Source of the DNA: Negativicutes bacterium
Lineage (GTDB): Bacteria > Bacillota > Negativicutes > UBA1444
DNA: 64,000 bases
Assembly: GCA_963665275.2 (NCBI GenBank)
Contig: CAXXIN010000001.1
Coordinates: forward strand, 96,001-160,000
Reading direction: 5' to 3'
The position numbers and the translations under genes are program-made. Position 1 is the stretch's first letter. Each line of letters opens with the position of its first letter. The notes under the pieces were generated by a model. The model searched no databases. It was not told the origin of the DNA and worked only from the letters and a program-made list of their open reading frames with translations. Below, in pieces: positions 19,828 through 28,402 of the stretch.

Positions 19828-19870
19828 AGCACAGAACAAGGAAGTGAAAAAATGGGAGAGCGAACTGGGT

Positions 19871-19923
19871 ACAAAAACTTCCCACAAAAACTTCCCATGT
19901 GGGAAGTTTTTGTGGGATTTTCC
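19871..19923. promoter_or_regulatory. Putative sigma54 enhancer (UAS) copy 2
   Basis: (ACAAAAACTTCCC)x2-ATGT-GGGAAGTTTTTGT-GGGATTTTCC. Confidence 0.78.
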
Positions 19924-20057
19924 GCTTGTGTTTTTTTCTGACGCCACTAAAAAACGAAATTTATATAATATCTACTTTGGCTATATTGGTGAAATTACAA
20001 GGATGCCGTGGTTTTTCAAAGCAATAAGGAAAGTGGTAAGCAAAAAAGCATGTTTGT

Positions 20058-20073
20058 TGGCATGCTTTTTGCT
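20058..20073 (+). promoter_or_regulatory. Sigma54 -24/-12 promoter of the arylsulfatase
   Basis: TGGCATGCTTTTTGCT. Confidence 0.85.
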
Positions 20074-20170
20074 TATTAACATACATTGGCATGAATAATT
20101 GGGTATTCGAGTATAAGATTGGCTGCATTTCAAGCAGTCGATTTTAAATAGAAAGAAAGGGGAATGTAGA

Positions 20171-22591
20171 ATGCTGAAACGACACTTGGCTACCGCCACC
20201 GCCTTTTCACTGGGCCTCAATGCCCTAATGGCGCCGATCGCGTTTGCGGAAAACATCCTGCCACATCCGCCGCCCGTTTTCAAGGGTAAGATTGAATTGC
20301 GAGCCAAAGATTCGACCCCGGATTTCCCCAAACCACTGACGGCAAAACCTGGGTCCCCTAATGTTCTGATGATCCTGATCGATGACGAGGGTTTTGGAGC
20401 TTCCAGCGCCTTCGGCGGACCGGTATCGACCCCCAATCTGGATAAGTTAAAGGCGGAGGGAGTGGCATACAACCAGTTTCACACGACGGCCCTGTCCTCT
20501 CCAACCCGCGCGGCGTTGATCACCGGCCGCAACCATCATTCGGTCCATACCGGCGTTATTACAGAAGCCGCCACAGGCTTCCCCGGTTATGACACGTTGA
20601 TGAACTTCGAGACGGCGACCATCGGTGAAATCCTCAAGGACAACGGCTATTCCACCGCCTGGTTCGGCAAGAACCACAACGTCCCGGACTGGCAGACCAG
20701 CCAGGCCGGCCCGTTCGACCTGTGGCCGACCTCTCTCGGTTTCGAACATTTCTACGGCTTCCTCGGCGGAGAAACCAACCAGTGGACGCCGATCCTGTTC
20801 AACGGCACCGTTCCCATCGAGCCTTACATGGGTAATCCGGACTATCACCTGACGACCGATCTGGCCGACCAGGCGATCGCCCATATCCAGCTGCAACAAG
20901 CCCTGGATCCCAGCAAACCGTTCCTAGTCTATTTTGCACCCGGTGCAACTCATGCGCCGCACCATGCCCCGCCTGAATGGATTGCCAAGTTCAAGGGGCA
21001 GTTCGATCATGGCTGGGACAAGCAGCGCGAGATCACCTTCGTCAAACAGAAAGAAATGGGCATTATCCCGGCCGACGCTGTGCTGACCCCGCGGCCGAGC
21101 CAGATTCAGGCCTGGGATAGCGCCACCCCGGAACAGCAAAAAATGTACGCCCACATGATGGAAGTATATGCTGGATTCCTCGCCCATACCGATTACAATG
21201 TCGGCCGCGTCCTTGACCAGCTGGAAAAATCAGGCGTCAAGGACAATACCTTGGTCATCCACATCAGCGGCGACAATGGCGCCAGTGGAGAGGGCACGTT
21301 GCAGGGCTCCTTCAACGAAGCCAACTTCTTCAACGGCATTCCGGAACCTCAAGCGCTTTTAGAGAAATATATCGATCGTTGGGGCAGCAATTACACGTAT
21401 CCGCACTACCCGGTAGGCTGGGCCTGGGCGATGGATACCCCGTTCCAGTGGGTGAAGCAGGTCGCCTCCCACTACGGTGGCACCCGCAACGGCCTCGTTA
21501 TCTCCTGGCCAGCCAAAATCAAGGATGTCGGAACTATTCGCTCACAGTGGCACCATGTCATCGATATCGTGCCGACGATCCTCGAAGCCGCCGGCATCCC
21601 GCAGCCGGACATCGTGAATGGCGTTAAGCAGAAACCCATCGAGGGCGTCAGCATGGTTTATACGTTCAATGACGCCAAAGCGCTGAGCCGCCACACTACC
21701 CAATATTTTGAGATGCTAGGCAATCGCGGCATTTATCACGAAGGCTGGGTCGCCTGTACCACGCCGGCTTCGCTTCCGTGGGAAATCGGTTCATCCAAGA
21801 CCGATCCAGAAGTAATCTCCGGGTACAAGTGGGAGCTATACCATGTGGACATGGATTTCTCCGAAGCGGTGAACATGGCGGACAAGTATCCTGAGAAACT
21901 GAAAGAGTTGCAGAACCTTTTCTACGCCGAAGCTAAGAAATACAACGTCCTGCCGATGGATAACAGCAAGTTCGCGCGCCTTAACCCGATGATAAGACCG
22001 AGCCTGACCCGGGGGCGTGACACGTTCACGTACTATGCCGGCATGAACAGGATCCCGAACGGAGCATCGCCTGATGTGTTAAATCGTTCCTTCTCTATCA
22101 CTGCTGACGTGGTGATTCCGCAGAACGGCGGCAATGGAATGCTCATCACTCAAGGCGGCCGGTTCGGTGGCTATGGACTCTACATGCTGAACGGAAAACT
22201 CGTGTACACGTTCAACATGGACGGAATCTACAGCGCTGACATCGTTTCCACTGACAACGTGCCAGCCGGACGGCACACAGTCACCATGGACTTCAAATAC
22301 AACGGCGGAGGCATCGCCAAGGGCGGCACAGCCACACTGTTGGTCGACGGTGCGCAGGTCGGGCAGGGAATCGTTGCCCTCACCACCCCGGTGACCATCG
22401 CGCTCGACTCCACCCTGGATATCGGTATGGACACCGGCACGGGAATCAGCGAGACGTACACAGTTCCGTTCCGTTTTAACGGGACGCTTGAACAGGTTAC
22501 GATCAAACTTCAACCCATTGATCCGGTCGCCGAAGAAGAACTCGGAATCGTCAAACCAGCAGCAGAAATGAAAAAAAAGATCAGTGACTGA
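20171..22591 (+). CDS. Secreted Ser-type arylsulfatase with C-terminal LamG-like extension
   Basis: Signal peptide; PNVLMILIDD, ALSSPTRAALITGR (SxPxR), GKNH, SGDNG. Confidence 0.93.
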   Translation: MLKRHLATATAFSLGLNALMAPIAFAENILPHPPPVFKGKIELRAKDSTPDFPKPLTAKPGSPNVLMILIDDEGFGASSAFGGPVSTPNLDKLKAEGVAYNQFHTTALSSPTRAALITGRNHHSVHTGVITEAATGFPGYDTLMNFETATIGEILKDNGYSTAWFGKNHNVPDWQTSQAGPFDLWPTSLGFEHFYGFLGGETNQWTPILFNGTVPIEPYMGNPDYHLTTDLADQAIAHIQLQQALDPSKPFLVYFAPGATHAPHHAPPEWIAKFKGQFDHGWDKQREITFVKQKEMGIIPADAVLTPRPSQIQAWDSATPEQQKMYAHMMEVYAGFLAHTDYNVGRVLDQLEKSGVKDNTLVIHISGDNGASGEGTLQGSFNEANFFNGIPEPQALLEKYIDRWGSNYTYPHYPVGWAWAMDTPFQWVKQVASHYGGTRNGLVISWPAKIKDVGTIRSQWHHVIDIVPTILEAAGIPQPDIVNGVKQKPIEGVSMVYTFNDAKALSRHTTQYFEMLGNRGIYHEGWVACTTPASLPWEIGSSKTDPEVISGYKWELYHVDMDFSEAVNMADKYPEKLKELQNLFYAEAKKYNVLPMDNSKFARLNPMIRPSLTRGRDTFTYYAGMNRIPNGASPDVLNRSFSITADVVIPQNGGNGMLITQGGRFGGYGLYMLNGKLVYTFNMDGIYSADIVSTDNVPAGRHTVTMDFKYNGGGIAKGGTATLLVDGAQVGQGIVALTTPVTIALDSTLDIGMDTGTGISETYTVPFRFNGTLEQVTIKLQPIDPVAEEELGIVKPAAEMKKKISD

Positions 22592-22623
22592 TCGAAACTG
22601 CAGCCTGAAGAAGCTCCTTATGT

Positions 22624-22664
22624 AGTTAGTGCCCGCCCCGCTGGCTTCGGGGCGGGCACTAACT
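22624..22664 (+). terminator. Strong hairpin after the sulfatase (terminator or mRNA stabiliser)
   Basis: AGTTAGTGCCCGCCCCG / CGGGGCGGGCACTAACT 17-bp stem. Confidence 0.7.
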
Positions 22665-22770
22665 CTTCATCCGTGCAGTCGAGCGCATTGCGTCCGGAAG
22701 GAAAAGCGTTCCTGATTAGCGAAGATAGGCAATGGGAAACAAATCGCAAAGCGGAAAGAACGGTGAAATA

Positions 22771-23214
22771 ATGAGAAGTTTCTCACGTATAAAATTCGGA
22801 CTATGCATGGGATTGTTGTTGATGCTGGCGCTCTGTGTGATGCAGGTGGCCTATGCTGAGGCGCCAAACGTCTGGATGGTTGTGGAGAAAGACGCCGGGC
22901 AGACAGTTCTGGTCGACCGAGCTAACGTCAAAGACCTCGGGGAGGGAATCCGGCAGGCATGGGTCCAGTTCGTTTACGCGAAAAGGACTTCGGAAGGGGC
23001 CACATCGAGCATAGGACTGTTTCATTTTGTCAGAAACCCGGACCGGTTGCGCAACGTTCAAGATGCGTTATTCGATGCGGCCGGCAATACTATCTATGTC
23101 CGCCGGCCGGAAAAAATTGAGGATTGGAGCCCGATCCCGCCTGATTCCACAGGCCTGGCAGTGATCAACTACGTTTATTCCGTTCAACCCGCCGACGCCG
23201 CCGATGGGAAGTAA
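22771..23214 (+). CDS. Secreted hypothetical protein, surface-adhesin protein E-like
   Basis: Signal peptide; W..V, VD..., AWVQ and W.PIPPDS pattern. Confidence 0.6.
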   Translation: MRSFSRIKFGLCMGLLLMLALCVMQVAYAEAPNVWMVVEKDAGQTVLVDRANVKDLGEGIRQAWVQFVYAKRTSEGATSSIGLFHFVRNPDRLRNVQDALFDAAGNTIYVRRPEKIEDWSPIPPDSTGLAVINYVYSVQPADAADGK

Positions 23215-24583
23215 TCGAACGATGTTCGCGCAGAAACCTCAGGTGCTGAACCTGCTGGTCAAACCGGTCGGTTCCGATTGCAATTTAAACTGCACCTACT
23301 GCTACTATCTTGAAAAAGAAAAACTCTATCCGGCGAAGGGCGGTCGGGTTATGAGCGACGCATTGCTGGAAAAATACATCCGGGAGTTCTTCGCATCCCA
23401 GGATTCCTCCGTCGTCCGTTTCGACTGGCACGGTGGCGAGCCAACGTTACTCGACACCGACACATTCCGCAAGATCGTGCGTTGGCAAAAGCAGTACGCT
23501 GGAGGGCGGCAGGTGGTTAACTCTTTGCAGACCAACGGTACGTTGCTGACACATGAATGGGCCAATTTTTTTCACGAGCATGGGTTTCTGATCGGCATTT
23601 CAATCGACGGGCCGAGGCACATTCATGACCGGTATCGACGGGACAAGGCTGGTGAACCAACCTTTGACCGGGTGATGCAGGGCATTGAGCTTTTAAAGCA
23701 GCATGGAGTCGAATTCAATACCCTGTCTGTAGTCAATGACTACGGAGCGGAATATGGGGTAGAAGTATATCAGTTTCTGAAAAGCATTGGCAGCCGCTAT
23801 ATGCAGTTTTCGCCGGTTGTCGAGCGGATTGACCGCGAAGCAGGACCAGGAGAATTGCGGTTGGTCGCGCCTGAGGTGGATGGCGCCATGCTGGCTCCAT
23901 GGTCAGTCGCCGCCGAAGCGTACGGGCGTTTTCTGTGCGCAATTTTCGATGAATGGGTCCAAAATGATGTTGGTTATTGCTATGTCATCACATTCGATGC
24001 AGTGCTGGCCAAATGGTGTGGGGTTGAGCCGCCCAATTGCGCGTTCGCCGACGTCTGCGGCGGTGGACCGGCTATGGAAGCCAACGGCGACATCTACATG
24101 TGCGATCATTTCGTTTATCCGGATCACCTGCTGGGGAATTTGAACGATGCCAGTATTCTCGATATGCTGGTATCGGAACGACAACTCCGTTTCGGGCAAA
24201 ACAAACAGGACTCGCTACCCAAGTATTGCCGCCGCTGTGAATATGTTTCGATCTGTGCCGGCGAGTGCCCCAAACATCGGATATCCACAACTCCCGACGG
24301 AGAAACCGGACTGAACTATCTGTGCCCAGGCTTGAAGCTGTTCTATGAACATGCCGCTCCGTATATGGATTTCATGAAACAACAATACGATGCCGGTGGT
24401 GCACCCGCCAGTGTAATGGCGTGGGCACGCCGCCTTCTCAAACCCATTGTGCCTAACTCGGTTGCCGCAATTGACTTTTCTGCCATTGGCCCATACGATC
24501 CCTGCCCCTGCGGCAGCGGGAAAAAGTATAAATTCTGCTGTCTGCCCGAAAATCGGCACACTTGCCGTACGACCAAACACTGA
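23204..24583 (+). CDS. Anaerobic sulfatase maturase (radical SAM/SPASM) with C-terminal SEC-C motif
   Basis: KPVGSDCNLNCTYCYY, WHGGEP, CDHFV, C..C....C.GECPK, DPCPCGSGKKYKFCC. Confidence 0.95.
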   Translation: MGSNRTMFAQKPQVLNLLVKPVGSDCNLNCTYCYYLEKEKLYPAKGGRVMSDALLEKYIREFFASQDSSVVRFDWHGGEPTLLDTDTFRKIVRWQKQYAGGRQVVNSLQTNGTLLTHEWANFFHEHGFLIGISIDGPRHIHDRYRRDKAGEPTFDRVMQGIELLKQHGVEFNTLSVVNDYGAEYGVEVYQFLKSIGSRYMQFSPVVERIDREAGPGELRLVAPEVDGAMLAPWSVAAEAYGRFLCAIFDEWVQNDVGYCYVITFDAVLAKWCGVEPPNCAFADVCGGGPAMEANGDIYMCDHFVYPDHLLGNLNDASILDMLVSERQLRFGQNKQDSLPKYCRRCEYVSICAGECPKHRISTTPDGETGLNYLCPGLKLFYEHAAPYMDFMKQQYDAGGAPASVMAWARRLLKPIVPNSVAAIDFSAIGPYDPCPCGSGKKYKFCCLPENRHTCRTTKH

Positions 24584-24610
24584 GATCCTGCTTTTATCTC
24601 TAAACAGATC

Positions 24611-24668
24611 AACAAAAACTTCCCACAAAAACTTCCCGTATGGGAAGTTTTTGTGGGAAGTTTTTGTT
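24611..24668. promoter_or_regulatory. Putative sigma54 enhancer (UAS) copy 3, perfect 27-bp-arm palindrome
   Basis: A(ACAAAAACTTCCC)x2-GTAT-(GGGAAGTTTTTGT)x2T. Confidence 0.78.
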
Positions 24669-24800
24669 TGTTTCATTGCCGGACGAAGACGAACCCAAAG
24701 TTCACCAACGCCTACTTAATAGATTATTGTAGCGGAATATATAGATTTTCAGCGCTATATCAAAGCAGAAAACAAATACATAGTGAACAGCGTGTTCGGT

Positions 24801-24816
24801 TGGCATGCTTTTTGCA
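24801..24816 (+). promoter_or_regulatory. Sigma54 -24/-12 promoter of the receiver-FadL operon
   Basis: TGGCATGCTTTTTGCA. Confidence 0.85.
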
Positions 24817-24854
24817 ATGTTAACTTAATATTGGCGTGAAAGGTTGGGCACGGC

Positions 24855-25256
24855 GTGAAAATATTGTTGGTTGATGATGATGCCGGTTCCCTGCGGGGAA
24901 TGCAATTGGCGCTTACAATGTTGAAACATGATTGCGACGCCTACAGTGATCCTGTTGAAGCCGTTGCAAATTATCCCTGCTATGAATATGACCTGGTCAT
25001 TACTGATATTTGTATGCCGGTAATGAATGGCTTTGCCCTGGCAGAACAGATAAGGGGCGTTGCTTCTACATCTAAAATCATCTTCATATCGGGATATGCA
25101 GCAGAAATGATGGAAAAACAAGAGGCAGGTGAAGGCGGGATATTTCTACAAAAACCGGTTGAATTTTGCCAATTAAAAGAAGTTCTCGACAATGTTTTTG
25201 CCGAGAGCGAATTGAAAAAGGGAACAAACCTGATATCTGACAGCGATAGTAGATAA
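24855..25256 (+). CDS. Stand-alone response regulator receiver protein
   Basis: KILLVDDD, DLVITDICMP, ISGY, LQKP; no output domain. Confidence 0.88.
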   Translation: MKILLVDDDAGSLRGMQLALTMLKHDCDAYSDPVEAVANYPCYEYDLVITDICMPVMNGFALAEQIRGVASTSKIIFISGYAAEMMEKQEAGEGGIFLQKPVEFCQLKEVLDNVFAESELKKGTNLISDSDSR

Positions 25257-25277
25257 ATAGAGAAAGGAGAAGCGATC

Positions 25278-26564
25278 ATGAAATTGAAAAAGGACCCATT
25301 GAAAAACACCGCAGGACTCATCGCACTACTTATTTGCACGCTAGTTTTCGTTCCTGCACAGGCAAGCGGCATCCTCATGTACGAGATGGGAACACCAGGC
25401 GTGGGACTCGGGAGCGCTGGTTATGCAGCGGGTGCATCGGATGCATCAACAGTTTATTACAATCCTGCCGGAATGATGCGCCTGGGGAAATCGGAATACC
25501 TGATCGGAGCCCAGGCCTTGTCGGCCTCCATGAAATTCCAGCCGGCCGCCGGCAGTGCAGCTGCGGGGAGTGGCGGAGAATATCCCCTTGGCTGGCTTCC
25601 AGGCGGCAGCTATTTTTATGTAGGTTCAACCAGCTCCAATACGAAAGTCGGCTTTGGCGTCTTCAACAATTTCGGGGCGGTCGCGAACTATCAGAAGGAT
25701 TCGGCGGAGCGTTACGCTCTGATGGAGGGCGCGTTGGTTGGCATCACCTTTATGCCGGCCATCGCCCATCGCTTCAGTGACCAGTGGTCCGTGGGCGCCG
25801 CACTGAACGCGACCAATGGAATACTGCGCAAAAAGTCGGCCCTCAGCAATGGAGAACGGGACACCGACGGCACTATGGAAATGAATGACAATAAATGGGG
25901 TTTCGGCGGGAATCTTGGCTTCCTGTACGAACCGAACAAACAAACTCGGATCGGTTTGACCTATAATTCAGCAGTCAATTTTAATTTCTCGACCACGCCT
26001 TCCTATTCAAACCTCGGGACAGGGCTGGAAGACCTTCTCCGTCGTTCTGGATTACTGGACCGGTCTATCGACCAGTCGGTGAAGATTCCCCAGCAGGTGA
26101 TGCTCGGATTTTCCCGGGATCTGGATTCCCGCTGGACCTTGCTGGGTGATGTGGGCTGGCAGAATTGGGCTAATTTTGGCTACAAGGAAGTCACGGTCAA
26201 TCCCAACCGTTTGCTTATTTCCGATCCGACTACGCTGACCCGGGAGCTGAAGGGACAGGATACCTGGCACGCGGCGCTCGGTGCGAAGTACAAAGCTTCC
26301 CCGAAGTGGACCCTGACCTTCGGCGTCGGTTATGATACCAGCGCATTCGACGATGCCAACCGCCCGGCGCTGATGCCGATCGGTGCTTCCTGGCGGGTCG
26401 GCGTGGGCGCGAGCACCGCGATCAATCCCACGAGCACGCTCAACTTCGGCTATGAGGCTCTCTTCACTGGAGATCTGCAACTGCAACAGCAGGGCGTCAC
26501 CTCCGGCAGCTACGCGCAAGGTGTAATGCACTTCTTTACAGTCAACTATCAGCGCAAGTTCTAA
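25278..26564 (+). CDS. OmpP1/FadL-family outer-membrane transporter
   Basis: Signal peptide; G.AGYAAGASDASTVYYNPAGM hatch motif; C-terminal Phe. Confidence 0.9.
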   Translation: MKLKKDPLKNTAGLIALLICTLVFVPAQASGILMYEMGTPGVGLGSAGYAAGASDASTVYYNPAGMMRLGKSEYLIGAQALSASMKFQPAAGSAAAGSGGEYPLGWLPGGSYFYVGSTSSNTKVGFGVFNNFGAVANYQKDSAERYALMEGALVGITFMPAIAHRFSDQWSVGAALNATNGILRKKSALSNGERDTDGTMEMNDNKWGFGGNLGFLYEPNKQTRIGLTYNSAVNFNFSTTPSYSNLGTGLEDLLRRSGLLDRSIDQSVKIPQQVMLGFSRDLDSRWTLLGDVGWQNWANFGYKEVTVNPNRLLISDPTTLTRELKGQDTWHAALGAKYKASPKWTLTFGVGYDTSAFDDANRPALMPIGASWRVGVGASTAINPTSTLNFGYEALFTGDLQLQQQGVTSGSYAQGVMHFFTVNYQRKF

Positions 26565-26608
26565 CAACTATATCCACCGAGAAATAAAAAAATAAAGGGG
26601 TAGAAAAA

Positions 26609-27247
26609 ATGAACAAACACGTTAAGTCTGGTATTGTCCTGATGGTAGCGGCGCTGCTGCTATGTACCCTGGTTCCCGCAATGGCTGCGGCGCCGGAAAG
26701 TCTCCCATCCGCGGATGGGATCGTAGCGAGTGAAGCCGCTGAAATGCAGTTCACCGTAGTATCCGTGGGCGTGGTTGAACGACCAGCCGACCCGGCGATG
26801 ATGGACGGATCGGCGGGAATGACCAGAAGTACGCGCGAAGTGGTTTTGGAAGATAAAGACGGTAATAAGAAAACGATTACACTCGGTAAAGAAGTGAAAA
26901 ATTTTGATCAGATCAAAAAAGGCGATATTGTTACCATCGCCCTGAAGTCCCAAGTTGCTGTTTTCATCGGGAAAATGGGTCTGGTTCCAGGCGCTGGTCA
27001 GTCCAAAATGGTTTTTTCAGCACCGAAGGGGATGAAACCAGGTGCATTGGAAGTAGAGAAACAGTTTATTACCCTGACGATCACCAACCTTGACGCAGAC
27101 AAGAAAGAAGTGACTGTGCGCATGCCTGATAACTCCATCAAGAAGATCAACACACCGAATTTGAATTTTGCGGCAGTCAAAGTCGGCGATGAAGTGATCG
27201 TAGGTGTAATGAATGAAACGAGCATTCAAGTAACTGCTCCACAATGA
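26609..27247 (+). CDS. Secreted hypothetical protein (two beta-rich repeats)
   Basis: Signal peptide; internal repeat REVVLEDKDGN..IKKGD and KEVTVRMPDN..VKVGD. Confidence 0.7.
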   Translation: MNKHVKSGIVLMVAALLLCTLVPAMAAAPESLPSADGIVASEAAEMQFTVVSVGVVERPADPAMMDGSAGMTRSTREVVLEDKDGNKKTITLGKEVKNFDQIKKGDIVTIALKSQVAVFIGKMGLVPGAGQSKMVFSAPKGMKPGALEVEKQFITLTITNLDADKKEVTVRMPDNSIKKINTPNLNFAAVKVGDEVIVGVMNETSIQVTAPQ

Positions 27248-27350
27248 AATAGCTGGTCAAAAATTCCAGAAAGCAGGAATATGGTCGCAGCGATGTAGAA
27301 AATATATGTGCGGACTTAATGATTCGTAAAAATAGTGTGGAGGGATTCAA

Positions 27351-27875
27351 TTGAAACTAGTTGTCATGAGAAGTGTCGCGTTCCTTTTTGCCTTCGTATT
27401 GTTGCTGTCCTCAACCGGATTTTGCGCGCCCCAATCCTTGATGAGTGAGCAGGACAAGCAGACGATCCTGCAACAATCCGCCGTTCAACCGCCAGAAAAC
27501 GCCAAAGTGAGCGACGTATGGCTGGAACCGTCCGACATGGCATTGGAAACGAGAACTGTTCAGGCCTCTATCGGTGAATACCTCCGCATCGTGTTGGTAA
27601 GCCCGCCAAATAAAAATAGAGAATGGCAATATGTTGACGATAAGCCGCGCTTTCTTGAAAAATTGCACTCGCAACAGCTTGAATTTTCTCCCAATAGGTC
27701 AGCTGCTGAGCAGCAAACCGTAAGTTTGTTCCTATTCAAGGTTCGAAACAATGCAGCTGGCGATGACCGTTTGACATTTGTGCAGTATCAGATGTCAGAG
27801 GGGGAAAAAACGGCTGTAAGCATGCTGGACATCGGAGTAAGGTATTTTAACCCGGAGCTTCAGAAAAAACTTTAA
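27351..27875 (+). CDS. Secreted protein, possible divergent chagasin/I42 inhibitor-like Ig fold
   Basis: Signal peptide; GEYLRIVL.S....W and FLFKV...G...LTF spacing. The canonical NPTTGY loop is absent. Confidence 0.5.
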   Translation: MKLVVMRSVAFLFAFVLLLSSTGFCAPQSLMSEQDKQTILQQSAVQPPENAKVSDVWLEPSDMALETRTVQASIGEYLRIVLVSPPNKNREWQYVDDKPRFLEKLHSQQLEFSPNRSAAEQQTVSLFLFKVRNNAAGDDRLTFVQYQMSEGEKTAVSMLDIGVRYFNPELQKKL

Positions 27876-28011
27876 TTACGTGACAACTCAGTAATTTGGG
27901 AACCAAGGAGATAGTGAAGAAACCTGACCCCGAAACCATTACAGGCTGTTTCAAGCTGCGGCAAGAAATAAAACAAATGGATTCCGAAAACGCGAAAAGA
28001 GGCGAAGGCGT

Positions 28012-28398
28012 ATGGAGGAATTATTTAACTGGCTGGTTGAGCGGGTGATAGGGCGTGTCGACGGACCGTTCAATTTCAGGTTTTATTTGCAACCCTTCAT
28101 GGCGATCATTCTTGCGGTTCGGGATGGAGGAGCCGATGCGAAAGCAGGGCGAGTGCCTTTTTTTTGGGCGCTGTTCACAGAGCCTGAAAATCGCGGGAAA
28201 CGAATCAGGGAAGGCTGGAAATCGGTACACAGAGTTTTTTGGTTCGCCATTGCAATCGATTTGGCCTATCAATTCATGGAAATGCCGCAGATCCGGCCGC
28301 TAGGGGCAATCCTCGTTGCCATCTTCCTGTCTATCATCCCGTATCTGCTGATTCGGGGACCAGTCAATAGGATCCTGACGGCTGTCAATAGGAGGTAG
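28012..28398 (+). CDS. Small conserved-type hypothetical membrane protein
   Basis: Three hydrophobic segments; GRVDGPFNFRFYLQP and PYLLIRGPVNR motifs. Confidence 0.7.
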   Translation: MEELFNWLVERVIGRVDGPFNFRFYLQPFMAIILAVRDGGADAKAGRVPFFWALFTEPENRGKRIREGWKSVHRVFWFAIAIDLAYQFMEMPQIRPLGAILVAIFLSIIPYLLIRGPVNRILTAVNRR

Positions 28399-28402
28399 AA
28401 GA

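Noticed and set aside
19784-20098. 104-aa ORF containing TKTSHKNFP.GKFLW, also seen in ORFs near 24600
   Set aside because: The shared peptide is only the translation of the palindromic DNA element, not a protein family.
17241-24668. The repeated ACAAAAACTTCCC palindromes as a CRISPR array or simple terminators
   Set aside because: The copies are kilobases apart with no spacers or cas genes. Copy 1 lies between divergent genes where no terminator is needed, and all three keep a fixed distance to sigma54 boxes.
27914-28048. Possible 44-aa ORF after AAGGAG
   Set aside because: RBS-start spacing is only 3 nt, it overlaps the next gene, and it has no recognisable features.
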